Numbered from the stretch's first letter, positions 1 through 12,305 are shown. The stretch: DNA of 64,000 bases from Heterodontus francisci (GCF_036365525.1 NC_090392.1:49403984-49467983); one strand, 5' to 3'. Notes: generated by a model from the letters alone, not told the origin. Translations and numbers: made by a program.

Positions 1-3000
1 GCCTTCCATTCACCGCCTTCCTCTCACCGTTTTCCATTCATCGCCTTCCATTCACCGCCTTCCATTCATCGCCTTCCATTCACCGCCTTCCATTCACCGC
101 CTTCCATTCATCGTCTTCCATTCACTGCCTTCCACTCACCGCCTTCCTCTCACCGCCTTCCATTCACCGCCTTCCTCTCACCGCCTTGCACTCACCGCCT
201 TCCTCGCACCGCCTTCCACTCACCACCTTCCTCTCACCGCCTTCCTCTCACTGCCTTCCATTCACCGCCTTCCTCTCACTGCCTTCCACTCACCGCCTTC
301 CTCTCACCGCCTTCCTCTCACCGCCTTCCACTCACCACTGTCCTGACCGCCTTCCATTTACCGCCTTCCATTCATCGCCTTCCATTCACCGCCTTCCACT
401 GACCGCCTTCCTCTCACCGCCTTCCTCTCACTGCCTTCCATTCATCGCCTTCCATTCACCGCCTTCCACTCACCGCCTTCCTCTCACCGCCTTCCACTGA
501 CCGCCTTCCTCTCACCGCCTTCCTCTCACTGCCTTTCATTCACCACTTTGCTGACCGCCTTCCATTCACCGCCTTCCTCTCACTGCCTTTCATTCACCAC
601 TTTCCTGACCGCCTTCCATTCATCGCCTTCCATTCACCGCCTTCCATTCACCGCCTTCCATTCACCGCCTTCCATTCACCGCCTTCCTCTCACCGCCTTC
701 CACTGACCGCCTTCCTCTCACCGCCTTCCTCTCACTGCCTTTCATTCACCACTTTCCTGACCGCCTTCCATTCACCGCCTTCCTCTCACCGTTTTCCATT
801 CATCGCCTTCCATTCACCGCCTTCCATTCATCGCCTTCCATTCACCGCCTTCCATTCACCGCCTTCCATTCATCGCCTTCCATTCACCGCCTTCCATTCA
901 CCGCCTTCCATTCACCGTCTTCCATTCATCGCCTTCCATTCACCGCCTTCCATTCACCGCCTTCCTTTCACCGCCTTCCTCTCACCGCCTTCCATTCACC
1001 GCCTTCGTCTCACCGCCTTCGTCTCACCACCTTCCATTCACCGCCTTCCATTCACCGCCTTCCATTCACCGCCTTCCATTCATCGCCTTCCATTCACCGC
1101 CTTCCATTCATCGCCTTCCATTCACCGCCTTCCATTCACCGCCTTCCATTCACCGCCTTCCATTCACCGCCATCCATTCATCGCCTTCCACTCACCGCCT
1201 TCCTCTCACCGCCTTCCATTCACCGCCTTCGTCTCACCGCCTTCCTCTCACCGCCTTCCTCTCACCGCCTTCCATTCACCGCCTTCCATGCACCGCCTTC
1301 CTCTCACCGCCTTCCACTCACCGCCTTCCTCTCACCGCCTTCCTCTCACCGCCTTCCTCTCACTGCCTTTCATTCACCACTTTCCTGACCGCCTTCCATT
1401 CACCGCCTTCCTCTTACCGCCTTCCTCTCACCGCCTTCCACTCACCGCCTTCCTCTCACCGCCTTCCTCTCACCGCCTTCCATTCACCGCCTTCCATGCA
1501 CCACCTTCCTCTCACCGCCTTCCGCTCACCGCCTTCCTCTCACCGCCTTCCTCTCACCGCCTTCCTCTCACTGCCTTTCATTCACCACTTTCCTGACCGC
1601 CTTCCATTCACCGCCTTACTCTCACCGCCTTCCACTCACCGCCTTCCTCTCACCGCCTTCCTCTCACCGCCTTCCTCTCACTGCCTTTCATTCACCACTT
1701 TCCTGACCGCCTTCCATTCACCGCCTTCCTCTCACCGCCTTCCTCTCACCGCCTTCCATGCACCGCCTTCCTCTCACCGCATTCCACTCATCGCCTTCCA
1801 CTCACCGCCTTCCTCTCACCGCCTTCCATTCACCGCCTTCGTCTCACCGCCTTCCTCTCACCGCCTTCCTCTCACCGCCTTCCTCTCACTGCCTTCCATT
1901 CACCGCCTTCCACTCACCGCCTTCCTCTCACCGCCTTCCATTCACCGCCTTCCACTCACCGCCTTCCTCTCACCGCCTTCCATTCACCGCCTTCCTCTCA
2001 CCGCCTTCCATTCACCGCCTTCCATTCACTGCCTTCCACTCACCGCCTTCCTCTCACCGCCTTCCATTCACCGCCTTCCACTCACCGCCTTCCTCTCACC
2101 GCCTTCCACTCACCGCCTTCCTCTCACCGCCTTCCATTCACCGCCTTCCACTCACCGCCTTCCTCTCACCGCCTTCCTCTCACCGCCTTCCACTCACCGC
2201 CTTCCTCTCAGCGCCTTCCTCTCAGCGCCTTCCTCTCACCGCCTTCCATTCACCGCCTTCGTCTCACCGCCTTCCTCTCACCGCCTTCCTCTCACCGCCT
2301 TCCACTCACCACCTTCCTCTCACCGCCTTCCACTCCGCCTTCCACTCACCGCCTTCCTCTCACCGCCTTCCTCTCACCGCCTTCCTCTCACCGCCTTCCA
2401 CTCACCACCTTCCACTCACCACCTTCCTCTCACCGCCTTCCATTCACCGCCTTTCTCTCACCGCCTTCCTCTCACCGCCTTCCATTCACCGCCTTCCTCT
2501 CACCGCCTTCCACTCACCACCTTCCATTCACCGCCTTCCACTCACCGCCTTCCACTCACCGCCTTCCTCTCACCGCCTTCCACTCACCGCCTTTCTCTCA
2601 CCGCCTTCCTCTCACCGCCTTCCATTCACTGCCTTCCATTCACCGCCTTTCTCTCACCGCCTTCCTCTCATCGCCTTCCACTCACCGCCTTTCTCTCACC
2701 GCCTTCCTCTCACCGCCTTCCATTCACCGCCTTCCACTCACCGCCTTCCTCTCACCGCCTTCCATTCACCGCCTTCCACTCGCCGCCTTTCTCTCACCGC
2801 CTTCCTCTCACCGCCTTCCTCTCACCACCTTCCACTCACCGCCTTCCTCTCACCGCCTTCCACTCACCGCCTTCCTCTTCCCGCCTTCCTCTCACCGCCT
2901 TCCACTCACCGCCTTCCATTCATCGCCTTCCATTCACCGCCTTCCATTCACCGCCTTCCTCTCACCGCCTTCCTCTTACCGCCTTCCATTTACCGCCTTC

Positions 3001-4775
3001 CTCTCACTGCCTTTCATTCACCACTTTCCTGACCGCCTTCCATTCACCGCCTTCCTCTCACCGCCTTCCTCTCACCGCCTTCCATGCACCGCCTTCCTCT
3101 CACCGCATTCCACTCATCGCCTTCCACTCACCGCCTTCCTCTCACCGCCTTCCATTCACCGCCTTCGTCTCACCGCCTTCCTCTCACCGCCTTCCTCTCA
3201 CCGCCTTCCTCTCACCGCCTTCCATTCACCGCCTTCCACTCACCGCCTTCCTCTCACCGCCTTCCATTCACCGCCTTCCACTCACCGCCTTCCTCTCACC
3301 GCCTTCCATTCACCGCCTTCCTCTCACCGCCTTCCATTCACCGCCTTCCATTCACTGCCTTCCACTCACCGCCTTCCTCTCACCGCCTTCCATTCACCGC
3401 CTTCCACTCACCGCCTTCCTCTCACCGCCTTCCACTCACCGCCTTCCTCTCACCGCCTTCCATTCACCGCCTTCCACTCACCGCCTTCCTCTCACCGCCT
3501 TCCTCTCACCGCCTTCCACTCACCGCCTTCCTCTCAGCGCCTTCCTCTCAGCGCCTTCCTCTCACCGCCTTCCATTCACCGCCTTCGTCTCACCGCCTTC
3601 CTCTCACCGCCTTCCTCTCACCGCCTTCCACTCACCACCTTCCTCTCACCGCCTTCCACTCCGCCTTCCACTCACCGCCTTCCTCTCACCGCCTTCCTCT
3701 CACCGCCTTCCTCTCACCGCCTTCCACTCACCACCTTCCACTCACCACCTTCCTCTCACCGCCTTCCATTCACCGCCTTTCTCTCACCGCCTTCCTCTCA
3801 CCGCCTTCCATTCACCGCCTTCCTCTCACCGCCTTCCACTCACCACCTTCCATTCACCGCCTTCCACTCACCGCCTTCCTCTCACCACCTTCCACTCACC
3901 GCCTTCCACTCACCGCCTTCCTCTCACCGCCTTCCACTCACCGCCTTTCTCTCACCGCCTTCCTCTCACCGCCTTCCATTCACTGCCTTCCATTCACAGC
4001 CTTTCTCTCACCGCCTTCCTCTCATCGCCTTCCACTCACCGCCTTTCTCTCACCGCCTTCCTCTCACCGCCTTCCATTCACCGCCTTCCACTCACCGCCT
4101 TCCTCTCACCGCCTTCCATTCACCGCCTTCCACTCGCCGCCTTTCTCTCACCGCCTTCCTCTCACCGCCTTCCTCTCACCACCTTCCACTCACCGCCTTC
4201 CTCTCACCGCCTTCCACTCACCGCCTTCCTCTTCCCGCCTTCCTCTCACCGCCTTCCACTCACCGCCTTCCATTCATCGCCTTCCATTCACCGCCTTCCA
4301 TTCACCGCCTTCCTCTCACCGCCTTCCTCTTACCGCCTTCCATTTACCGCCTTCCTCTCACCGCCTTCCATTCACCGCCTTCCACTCCACTTTCCTGACC
4401 GCCTTCCTCTCACCGCCTTCCTCTCACCGCCTTCCACTCACCGCCTTCCTCATACCGCCTTCCTCTCACCGCCTTCCACTCACCACCTTCCTCTCACCGC
4501 CTTCCACTCACCGCCTTCCACTCACCGCCTTCCACTCACCGCCTTCCACTCACCACCTTCCTCTCACCGCCTTCGTCTCACCGCCTTCCTCTCACCGCCT
4601 TCCTCTCACCACCTTCCTCTCACCACCTTCCACTCACCGCCTTCCACTCACCGCCTTCCTCTTACCGCCTTCCATTTACCGCTTTATTCTCACCGCCTTC
4701 CATTCACCGCCTTCCACTCACCACTTTCCTGACCGCCTTCCACTCACCGCCTTCCTCTCACCGCTTTCCTGACAC
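1..4775. repeat. 14-bp tandem minisatellite, consensus CACCGCCTTCC(ATT/TCT/ACT); continues beyond the left edge of the window
   Basis: Hundreds of directly visible 14-bp units; translations repeat every 14 aa (3 units = 42 bp); + strand strongly C/T-rich. Confidence 0.98.
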
Positions 4776-4789
4776 TGCCTTCCTTACTT

Positions 4790-5000
4790 CCATTTCACTG
4801 CATTACTTACACTGCATGCCTCAAGGCCTTCCTTCCTGCTGTCCTCGTAGACTCCACTGTATTCCTCACTGTAATTCACACTGCGTTCCTTGCTGCATTC
4901 CTTGCTGCGTTCCTCCCACCATTCCTGACTGCACTCCTTACCTCATTCCTCACTGTACTCCTCACTGCACGTTGCACTGCATTCCTCACTGTTCATTGTA
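4790..5000. repeat. Degenerate 12-bp tandem repeat (ATTCCTCACTGC-like) abutting the 14-bp array
   Basis: Repeated ttcctcactg/ttccttgctg units; PHC/PCC periodicity in ORF 4816..5004. Confidence 0.75.
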
Positions 5001-6619
5001 TTGATCACCACTTGCCTACTACATTCTTCACCAGCTTTTTCATGACTCAATTTTGTTCAATTTCTTTTCTTTAAAGAAAAGATATCAAATATTATCAAAT
5101 TTTCCAGCAGTTTACACCATCACATTTCATGATCTATGCCCACCTTCCTTTACAAGGGGCAATACCCCTTTAAACAGGGTACATTGCCCCTTTAAGAAAG
5201 GAATGAGCAATCACTATTATAAAAGAAAATGGCCGTTTGTTTTTCGCATCAAGCTCCCAATATGTAGTGTGAAGCAATGGCTGTGGCCTGTTCCTTGTTC
5301 CTATTGAAGTCTCTATATAAACTGCACACCACACTGAGCACTAATTAAAGCCATATTAACGTTCCAGATTCCAGGCTTGCAATAAAAAGCATTTTTAATT
5401 TAAATTTGCCTGCTTGAGCCTGGTGATAAACCCTGTGAGAGCCAATTAGAGGACAGTAGGATTCAGGTTTTTTTTTGCAGAAACAATATTGGAATTGTAG
5501 AGCTTGTGAAAGGAGGGACTGATTAAAGTAGGCCGAGGTGATTCGTTTCCTTTTCAATTTAAATTTGAGTTTGCCTTCCTGCAAACGGCGGACTTTTGTT
5601 CTTATCTAATTGGTTTGCAATGTTGCTTGTCTGATTTGGGAGATTTTGATCATTTTTTTTTGTAAGTTTGAAGCTGAGCCCCAGATTTCTCTGCTTTGTA
5701 AACAGATTTGAGCTGGAATTATGAGCTGGGAACAAGCTTTTGCCAAGCGTGCTGATGAGCTTTCAAAGATGAGAGAGCGTCTGTGTGAGCCCTGGGCAAA
5801 GACTTGCTAATCAGATTAACTTGTGTTACCGTGACAATTGGGGGAATGCCTCATGTGTGGAGTGCTTTTCGTGACGAGGGCCTGGACCGGTGCTTGGATC
5901 CAGGGAGGAAGCGCAGGGTCCATTTAAAGACATATTTTGTTTGCTTGGAGACTGCCTCATGCCTATAATGATCCAGGATGCCAATCTCTTAGCTTTGGCT
6001 GTGTTACTGAGGGGAAATGTATAGAGCAGTCTTGACCCTTCAGTACAGGGAGGGAGAGAACATCAAGGAATGAGGTACAAACTCGACAAGTGTCAATAAT
6101 CAGGAGTGACAGACACTCATTTCCATTTTGATGCATGTTCTATGAAGCGTCAGTCCACACAACAGCTCCACAGACTGCTCTTGGATGTGAAAAGGTACAC
6201 AAATGTCTGGGGCCCTTTACACAGGCTCTGTCTACTCTTCTCCCTTACTATGCATTCCCAGCCCCAGCTCCTCCATCCATTGATCCTCCACAACCTCCTC
6301 AATCACTGCAGAAAAGCCCCAAGCTACCTCCCTTCCCCACCCCCCCACACCCACCGATTACATCACCCCGATAGTGATAGGCCCTGTCTAGCCTATAACC
6401 ATATTCCTCACAAGCAAGACCGCAATCTTGCTTGTGCACAGTGCGACCTAACTGTATTTGACTAACTTTAGATCCCATGTCACTATTCAAAGAAGACAAG
6501 GGAGTCCTTTTTGTATCTTGTCTTAAGTTTGTCTCTCAGGCAACACCACCCAAACAAATTAACAGTGGCTCATCTTATTGAAGAGTATGAATGAATTGAG
6601 AGTCTGAGCGGTTTGAATA

Positions 6620-7120
6620 CATAGAGTAACATTCAATCATATCATGGCTGATTGGACCCCACTCCATTTACCTGCCTTTGATTCATATTGTAATGAGTTC
6701 TTTTATGTTGTCTGATGCAACATAAATGAGGTGTGTGGCGTCCAGTCGGTTGAAGATCTCAAACAGGTTTATTTACAGCTAGACTATTATATACAGTACA
6801 GAGCAAACTATTTACAGAACCTTACTCTGGGTGTTACAGTTGCAGTCTGGCTTTGAGCCACATAACTATGTCCTGGTACTTAGCTCATTAGCATACTAAG
6901 ATCTTAAAGGGACATCACTCTTAAAGGCAATCATACAACACATATCCCTTGATACCCTTACCTAACAAAAAAGCCTATCGATCTTAGTCTTGAAAATTTC
7001 AATTGGCACCCAACATCCGCAGCCTTTTGGTGGAAAGAGTTATAATTTTGTAAAACCCTTTGTGTGAAAGTGTTTCCTGATTTAACTCCTGAATGGCCTG
7101 GCTCTAATTCTAAGATTGTG
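6620..7120 (-). mobile_element. CR1 LINE 3' fragment interrupted by a solo LTR
   Basis: CR1 3' motifs (attcaat..atcatggctgat; ccatatcccttgataccct; tttcctgattt...ctgaatggcctggctctaatt) on both sides of the LTR. Confidence 0.7.
6689..6940 (-). mobile_element. Solo LTR, 252 bp
   Basis: TG...CA termini (TGTAATGA...TCATACAACA); perfect 5-bp TSD CATAT at 6684-6688 and 6941-6945; AATAAA on minus strand; interrupts a CR1 tail. Confidence 0.85.
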
Positions 7121-8014
7121 CAAAGGCAGGTAAATAAATTTAAGGTACAGATGAGCCATGATCTAGTTGAATAATGATACAGGGTAGGAAGAGGGTGGGG
7201 TGGGGTGCTGAATGGCCTCCTCCTGTTCCTACATTGTTAAGTGGCTGTTTGAATGGAACTCATAGTTTGCATTAGCTCAGCATAAATCATTTTCACTCCT
7301 ATTTTCAGAAATAAACTTCCTTTCATTCATCATTTTTCTGTGTGAAAGTGAAGTCTGAATGAAAGGCTTGTTGATATGGTAAGGAAGGCCATATATGGAG
7401 AACAAATATACATTTATTTTCCCACACAGATAAATGAAAGAAAATTACGAATGACTGCCCACGTGTAAATGTCGACTTCCTCAGAGTGGGGTAAGAAACT
7501 ATATACAGAGTTAGTTACTCATATAAAAGATTTGTGACCAAATTCCTAGTTGCACAAGGGCTTTGCTGTAATGGTCACTTATTTTTTCGAGGGAAAGTTG
7601 ACATTAAGTGCAAGGGCAATGTTTGCATCAGGGGATGAGCACTTCGCACCCTGTCTCCTTCATTCTAGGGAAGCATTTAGAAGAAGGGCACCTCAGGTCA
7701 AACCTCAGTCACTGCTTCCATTTGACGTACTATAAATTTACTTCCTTCTCCTGCCTTCTGAGGTCAAAAATTTCGTCTCTTTCTTTTCCTCTGTACTACA
7801 ACACTTTTTCCATTATCATGTGGGGCTCAACTTTTAATTGTTTATTTTCAGCTTCTTGCACAGCACAGAAATAAACCATTCAGACCGTTAGGTCTGCACG
7901 GGTCCTTTACTTTATCTGATCCACCTCGACTCATCTCGCTCTCCGTTTCCCTTACTTTTTCTGGCAATTTTCCGGCCTCGTTACAAAGAGCCCAGGGGCT
8001 CTGCTTTTGCTGTC

Positions 8015-8355
8015 TTTTAGTTTAGTTTAGAGATACAGCACTGAAACAGGCCCTTCGGCCCACCGAGTCTGTGCCGACCATCAACGACCCATATATACTA
8101 ATCCTACACTAACCCCATATTCTTACCACATCCCCACCTGTCCCTATCACCTACCTATACTAGGGGCAATTTATAATGGCCAATTTACCTACCAACCTGC
8201 AAGTCTTTTGGCTTGTGGGAGGAAACCAGAGCACCCGAAGAAAACCCACGCAGACACAGGGGGAACTTGCAAACTCCACACAGGCAGTACCCAGAATTGA
8301 ACCCAGGTCGCTGGAGCTGTGAGGCTGTGCTAACCACTGCGCCACTGTGCCGCCC
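8015..8355 (-). mobile_element. HE1-like V-SINE (tRNA-derived, elasmobranch)
   Basis: tRNA-like head with A/B boxes (TGGCGCAGTGG, GGTTCAATT), V-domain-like GGTTTCCTCCCACA, CR1-like 3' end and (CTAAA)n tail; near-identical to 40321-40655. Confidence 0.9.
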
Positions 8356-8705
8356 GTCTTTCTTTAATGTTTATCTGTTGTTTGTTTCTCCTTCGTCTGT
8401 TCTTCCCTTCTGGCTGTTGTCATTCTTTCTTTTCTCTCGGAGACATTGACCCCGGGATTTGCGGGGAAGGTGCAGGGAGATTGCGGGGGAAATCCGGAAG
8501 GTTTCCTGGCCAGTTTGCAGGCGGGAAAACCAGGGGCAGGATGCCATGGGCGGGTTCCCTTGAGGGCGGTCCACGGAAATCGAGAGGGAGGGAGAGAAGG
8601 ATCTGTGCTTTAGGGCGGGCGGTGAGGGAAGATCAGCCGCTACTGTGGCAGTGGGGAGATGGAGGTCACAACCAACAAATGTGAGGCTGAAAGTTTCCTT
8701 GTGTT

Positions 8706-9210
8706 TCATTTGTTCTTGGGATGTGGATGTCACTGGCAAGGCCGGCATTTGTTGCCCATCCCTAATTGCCTTCTGAGTAGTGGTGAGCTGCCTCCTCGAA
8801 CCCCTGCAATCCGTGTGGTGTAGGTACACCCACAGTTTTATTTGGGAGGGAGCTCCAAGATTTTGACCCAGTGACAGTGAAGGAACGGTGATATCGTTCC
8901 AAGTCACAGACAGCTGTAGAGGCTGAGTTTTTGAATGTATTCAAGGCTGAGATAGAGAGATTCTTGAACTCTAGGGGAGTCAAAGGCTATGGGGAACAGG
9001 AAAGTGGAGTTGAGGCCAAGATCAATTCAGCCATATGGCTTACTCCTGCTCCTATTTCTTATGGTAAGTCAGCATGGTGTGTGGCTTGGAGGGGAACTTG
9101 TTGGTGGTGGTGTTCCCATGCGTCTGCTACCCTTATCCTTCTAGCTGATAGGTTTGGAAGATGCTGTTAAAGGAGCCTAGGTGAGTTGCTGCAGTGCACC
9201 TTGAGGAGCT
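8706..9210 (-). mobile_element. 3' end of a second CR1/L2-group LINE family, interrupted by a CR1 3' fragment (~8908-9062, +)
   Basis: Encodes ...SFTVTGSKSWSSLP...GLQGFEEAAHH; homologous to 19360-19704, 21140-21845 and 53110-53372. Confidence 0.7.
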
Positions 9211-10111
9211 GGGGTGGTGGAACACTCCGGCTCTCCCTAGCCCACAAGGAGTGCTGTAAAAGGGACTTACCTTCTTGTCTCTGGAGTGCAGAACACTTAT
9301 ACAGTACGTTGCTGTATAAATGGTAATGGGCACATACGAAGCAGACTGGGGATATGTCCGCTATTTTTAACTTTTAACCTCTCCCACCCTATCAAGTGAG
9401 TTTAAAATTGAGGCCATAATGTCCATGATAATCTCTCTCATCATAAGTTCCAGACCCTCTCATTGTGAGGCAAAGTGTCACAAAACTAGAAACCACAGCA
9501 CGTTACAAACCTGAGTACAATTCAAAAACAATTCATTGGCTGTAAAGCACTTTGAGACATCCAGATGATGTGATAAGGTGCTACATCAATGGAAGTTCTT
9601 TTATTTCCTACTAGTAATATCTTGAAAGCTGTAGGACAAGGTTTCCCCTATTCCAACCTAGCTGTTTCTCATTGTTATTGTTACAGAGATTCTCCTCCAG
9701 CTTAGTCTTTACAATAGTTTACATCTAAACAGTTATTCATGTTAAACTAATGGGATTGTAGGGTTAGATATTTTCCCTTTCTAACTTGGCATTAGATTGA
9801 TTCCCTTTTGTAAAACATGGATAATGGAGGTGTGAGAACCTTGGAAAAACAGTGTAAAAGACGTGAACACCATTCTACTGGAGTTTCCGGGGCTATTTCC
9901 AAAGTCACGGTGGGTGAGCTGGAGAAACACCCTGGGAATTCACCACTCATCATGTTTGCTTTCCTCCAGAACCTTACCAGTGTCCAATGATTCTCTCACG
10001 ACTATAGTCAGTGCACCATAAATCTCCTCCCCAGCATCCTTCAATGCCTTGACATGTCTGCCATCTGGTCCAGGGGGGGTTTGTCGATATTAAGTCCCTT
10101 TAACTCATCAG

Positions 10112-10338
10112 GGGGTAGACCTTGACTTTGTGCGATAATGTAAAATGGGTAATAGTAGTCATTATCCTGTTTTACATTACACCATTCCCCCCCCCCCCAC
10201 CCCCCCCCCCCCACCACGCCACCCAACCCCACCCCATCCATCACCTTTAATGGAAATATAAATGAGGAGAGATGTAAGATCAGCTGCCGAGTCGCTATCA
10301 CCCGTTTTACATTATTGCACAAAGTCAAAATCTACCCT
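10112..10338. mobile_element. MITE with ~50-bp terminal inverted repeats
   Basis: Left gggtagaccttgactttgtgcgataatgtaaaatgggtaatag; reverse complement of right end gggtagattttgactttgtgcaataatgtaaaacgggtgatag; no clean TSD. Confidence 0.75.
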
Positions 10339-10929
10339 TGGGTACCTTAGCCACAGCGATATCAAAATCATCTTGGATACTGGATCATAACAATAAATAC
10401 ATGGTGAATGCTTGGGGAAATTATTCAGTTAATATTTTAATTATTTTTCCTTCTTCCCCTTCAGTGGATTCCATATTCTACTTTCCTCTATTCACTCTTT
10501 TTCTGTTTTAATATTGCAAGCTTGTTTAGTGTGGCTTTTGCCAGCCTAATCTCTTGTCATTCTCCACCTCCAAATTTTTTTAATCCCGTTCAGTAAATTC
10601 CTTTACTCAGGTCCCCCTCTTTTTGTGAAGGCTTCATATGATTGTTTTTTTATCCCTAGTCCCATTTCAGTTGGCAATCCAACAATGTAAGCTTGTTCAT
10701 AGAGGCAGAAGGTGGAGGTACAACTGGCTCATTGTAATAGATTAGATGGAAGCCCTTGTTGGGATACATCCACGTTTTCTGGCTGGTGCAAACAATTGAG
10801 GCAGCAAGGATCTGATTCCTGACCCAATAGTGAGATCAGATTTTGGTGGCCGGGTGGTAGATTCTCGTCTGATGTCTTTGCATACCCAGGAGAGAAGGAG
10901 GGGCTTGAGCTGTGGGTGTGTGTCTGAAA

Positions 10930-11180
10930 TCTGCAACAACATGCATTTGTAAAGCATCTTAAACATAGGAAATGTTCCAACCCATTTCACAGAGGAGCAG
11001 AGGAGTAATCATAAAAATGGGCGCTGAGCCAAAGAAGGCAATCTTAGAAAGGGTGACAAAAAAGCTCGGTCGAAGAGGTAGTTTTAAGGAGGGTTTTAAA
11101 GCAGGAGAGAAAGGTGGGAAGATGGAATGGTTTGGGCGAGTTTTCCAGAGCATGGGGTCCAGCTGGCTGAAAGCACCCTG
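10930..11180 (-). mobile_element. L2 LINE 3' fragment
   Basis: Homologous to 20437-20700 and 27115-27375 (ggtgacaaaaaagctcggtcgaagaggtagttttaaggag). Confidence 0.65.
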
Positions 11181-11799
11181 TAGGCAGGGTACATATGTCC
11201 TTCCAGGCAGTTGAGATGGCCATCCATCACCTGGCAAGGGTTATTGTTTTCATCCTCACCTTTGTTAATACCTGAATATTCTGGCCTCTGCAAGCTGTGA
11301 GGGAATTGTAAAGGTTTTCTGTCCCTCCTCATGTGTTACTTGTGCTTAAGAGATGTGCACTAACACATCCTTCAGTGTAATAATCCTTTGTATGTTTGGT
11401 GGAGAAAGCCACTGCAATCAACAAGGGGTCTAGTGCACGTGGGTCTAATCCTTCCCCTGATTATGTCAAACAGCGTGTCAGGAAATGAGACAGCTTGCTG
11501 TCTGCACATAAGGCTTTCACATGAAACGACTTGTACCTTTCTGAAGATTAGGCTGAATTTGCATCTGATTCCTGTGAGGAACTTTGATTGAGTCCCCCTT
11601 TGGCGATTGTCATTGTTTGCTGAACTAACCCTCTCCCACACAGGTTAACCTACTTTGCACTATATTTTGTGAGTTTAGTGGACTCCTGGCACCATTAGTG
11701 AATTCCTGATTTATCCTATTTTATACTGTTTTGTTTTAAATTCTTGTGTCCAAGTGAGGTTGTTAATGCAGAGAAATGGAAAAGTTTCCATTTAGTTAC

Positions 11800-12305
11800 A
11801 TTAGATACAAAGTAAAATTCCCTCCACACTGTCCCATCAAACACTCCCAGCGTAGATGTAGCATGGGTTAGATACAGAGTAAAGCTCTCTCTACATTGTC
11901 CAGTTAAACACTCCCAGGGCAGGTACAGCACAGGTTAGATACAGAGTAAAGCTCCCCTACATTGTCCCATCAAACACTCCCAGGGCAGGTACAGCAAGGA
12001 GTTGATCCCAAGTTCCTGAGGAACATGAGGTTTGCCAAAAAACACAACAAAAAAGGAGGTGAGAAGGTTAAAGGCAAAAAATGAAGTGGAAATTACTAAG
12101 GAAAGGACCAGCAGTCTTGACGATTTAACATCTACTGTCCTTGAGGATGGCAGCCTTGTGGCATATTGTATTCCAAATTGTTTATTTTGAATAAAGCCCA
12201 AGTGGTTGGGACTTCAAAAAAAAAACGGGTTAGATACAGAGTAAAGCTCCCCTACACTGTCCCATCGAACACTCCCAGGGCAGGTATAGCAGCAGTTGAT
12301 ACAGA
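11800..12305. repeat. 67-bp tandem repeat (TTAGATACAGAGTAAAGCTCCCTCTACACTGTCCCATCAAACACTCCCAGGGCAGGTACAGCACGGG), 4 units, interrupted by the RPL29 retrocopy
   Basis: Units start at 11801, 11868, 11935 and 12230; a diverged unit lies at ~63430-63500. Confidence 0.9.
11997..12225 (+). pseudogene. RPL29: 5'-truncated processed pseudogene of 60S ribosomal protein L29 (eL29)
   Basis: 11998-12084 translates to [28 protein letters not shown], matching the conserved eL29 motif [18 protein letters not shown]; followed by 3'UTR, AATAAA at 12190-12195 and A10 at 12216-12225. Confidence 0.93.

Noticed and set aside
186-4772. Long Pro/Ser/His/Leu-rich ORFs up to 1078 aa
   Set aside because: Overlapping frames give the same 14-aa repeat because the 14-bp unit lacks stop codons; no coding evidence
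5311-5325. TATA-like CTATATAAA
   Set aside because: No CpG island or downstream gene identifiable
5707-5810. Plus-strand acceptor followed by the short ORF MSWEQAFAKRADELSKMRERLCEPWAKTC
   Set aside because: Looks protein-like, but I recognise no homologue and see no partner exons; indistinguishable from chance
11800-12305. CRISPR-like repeat-spacer appearance
   Set aside because: Units are 67 bp and head-to-tail without spacers; the single insert is an mRNA retrocopy; eukaryotic context with no cas genes
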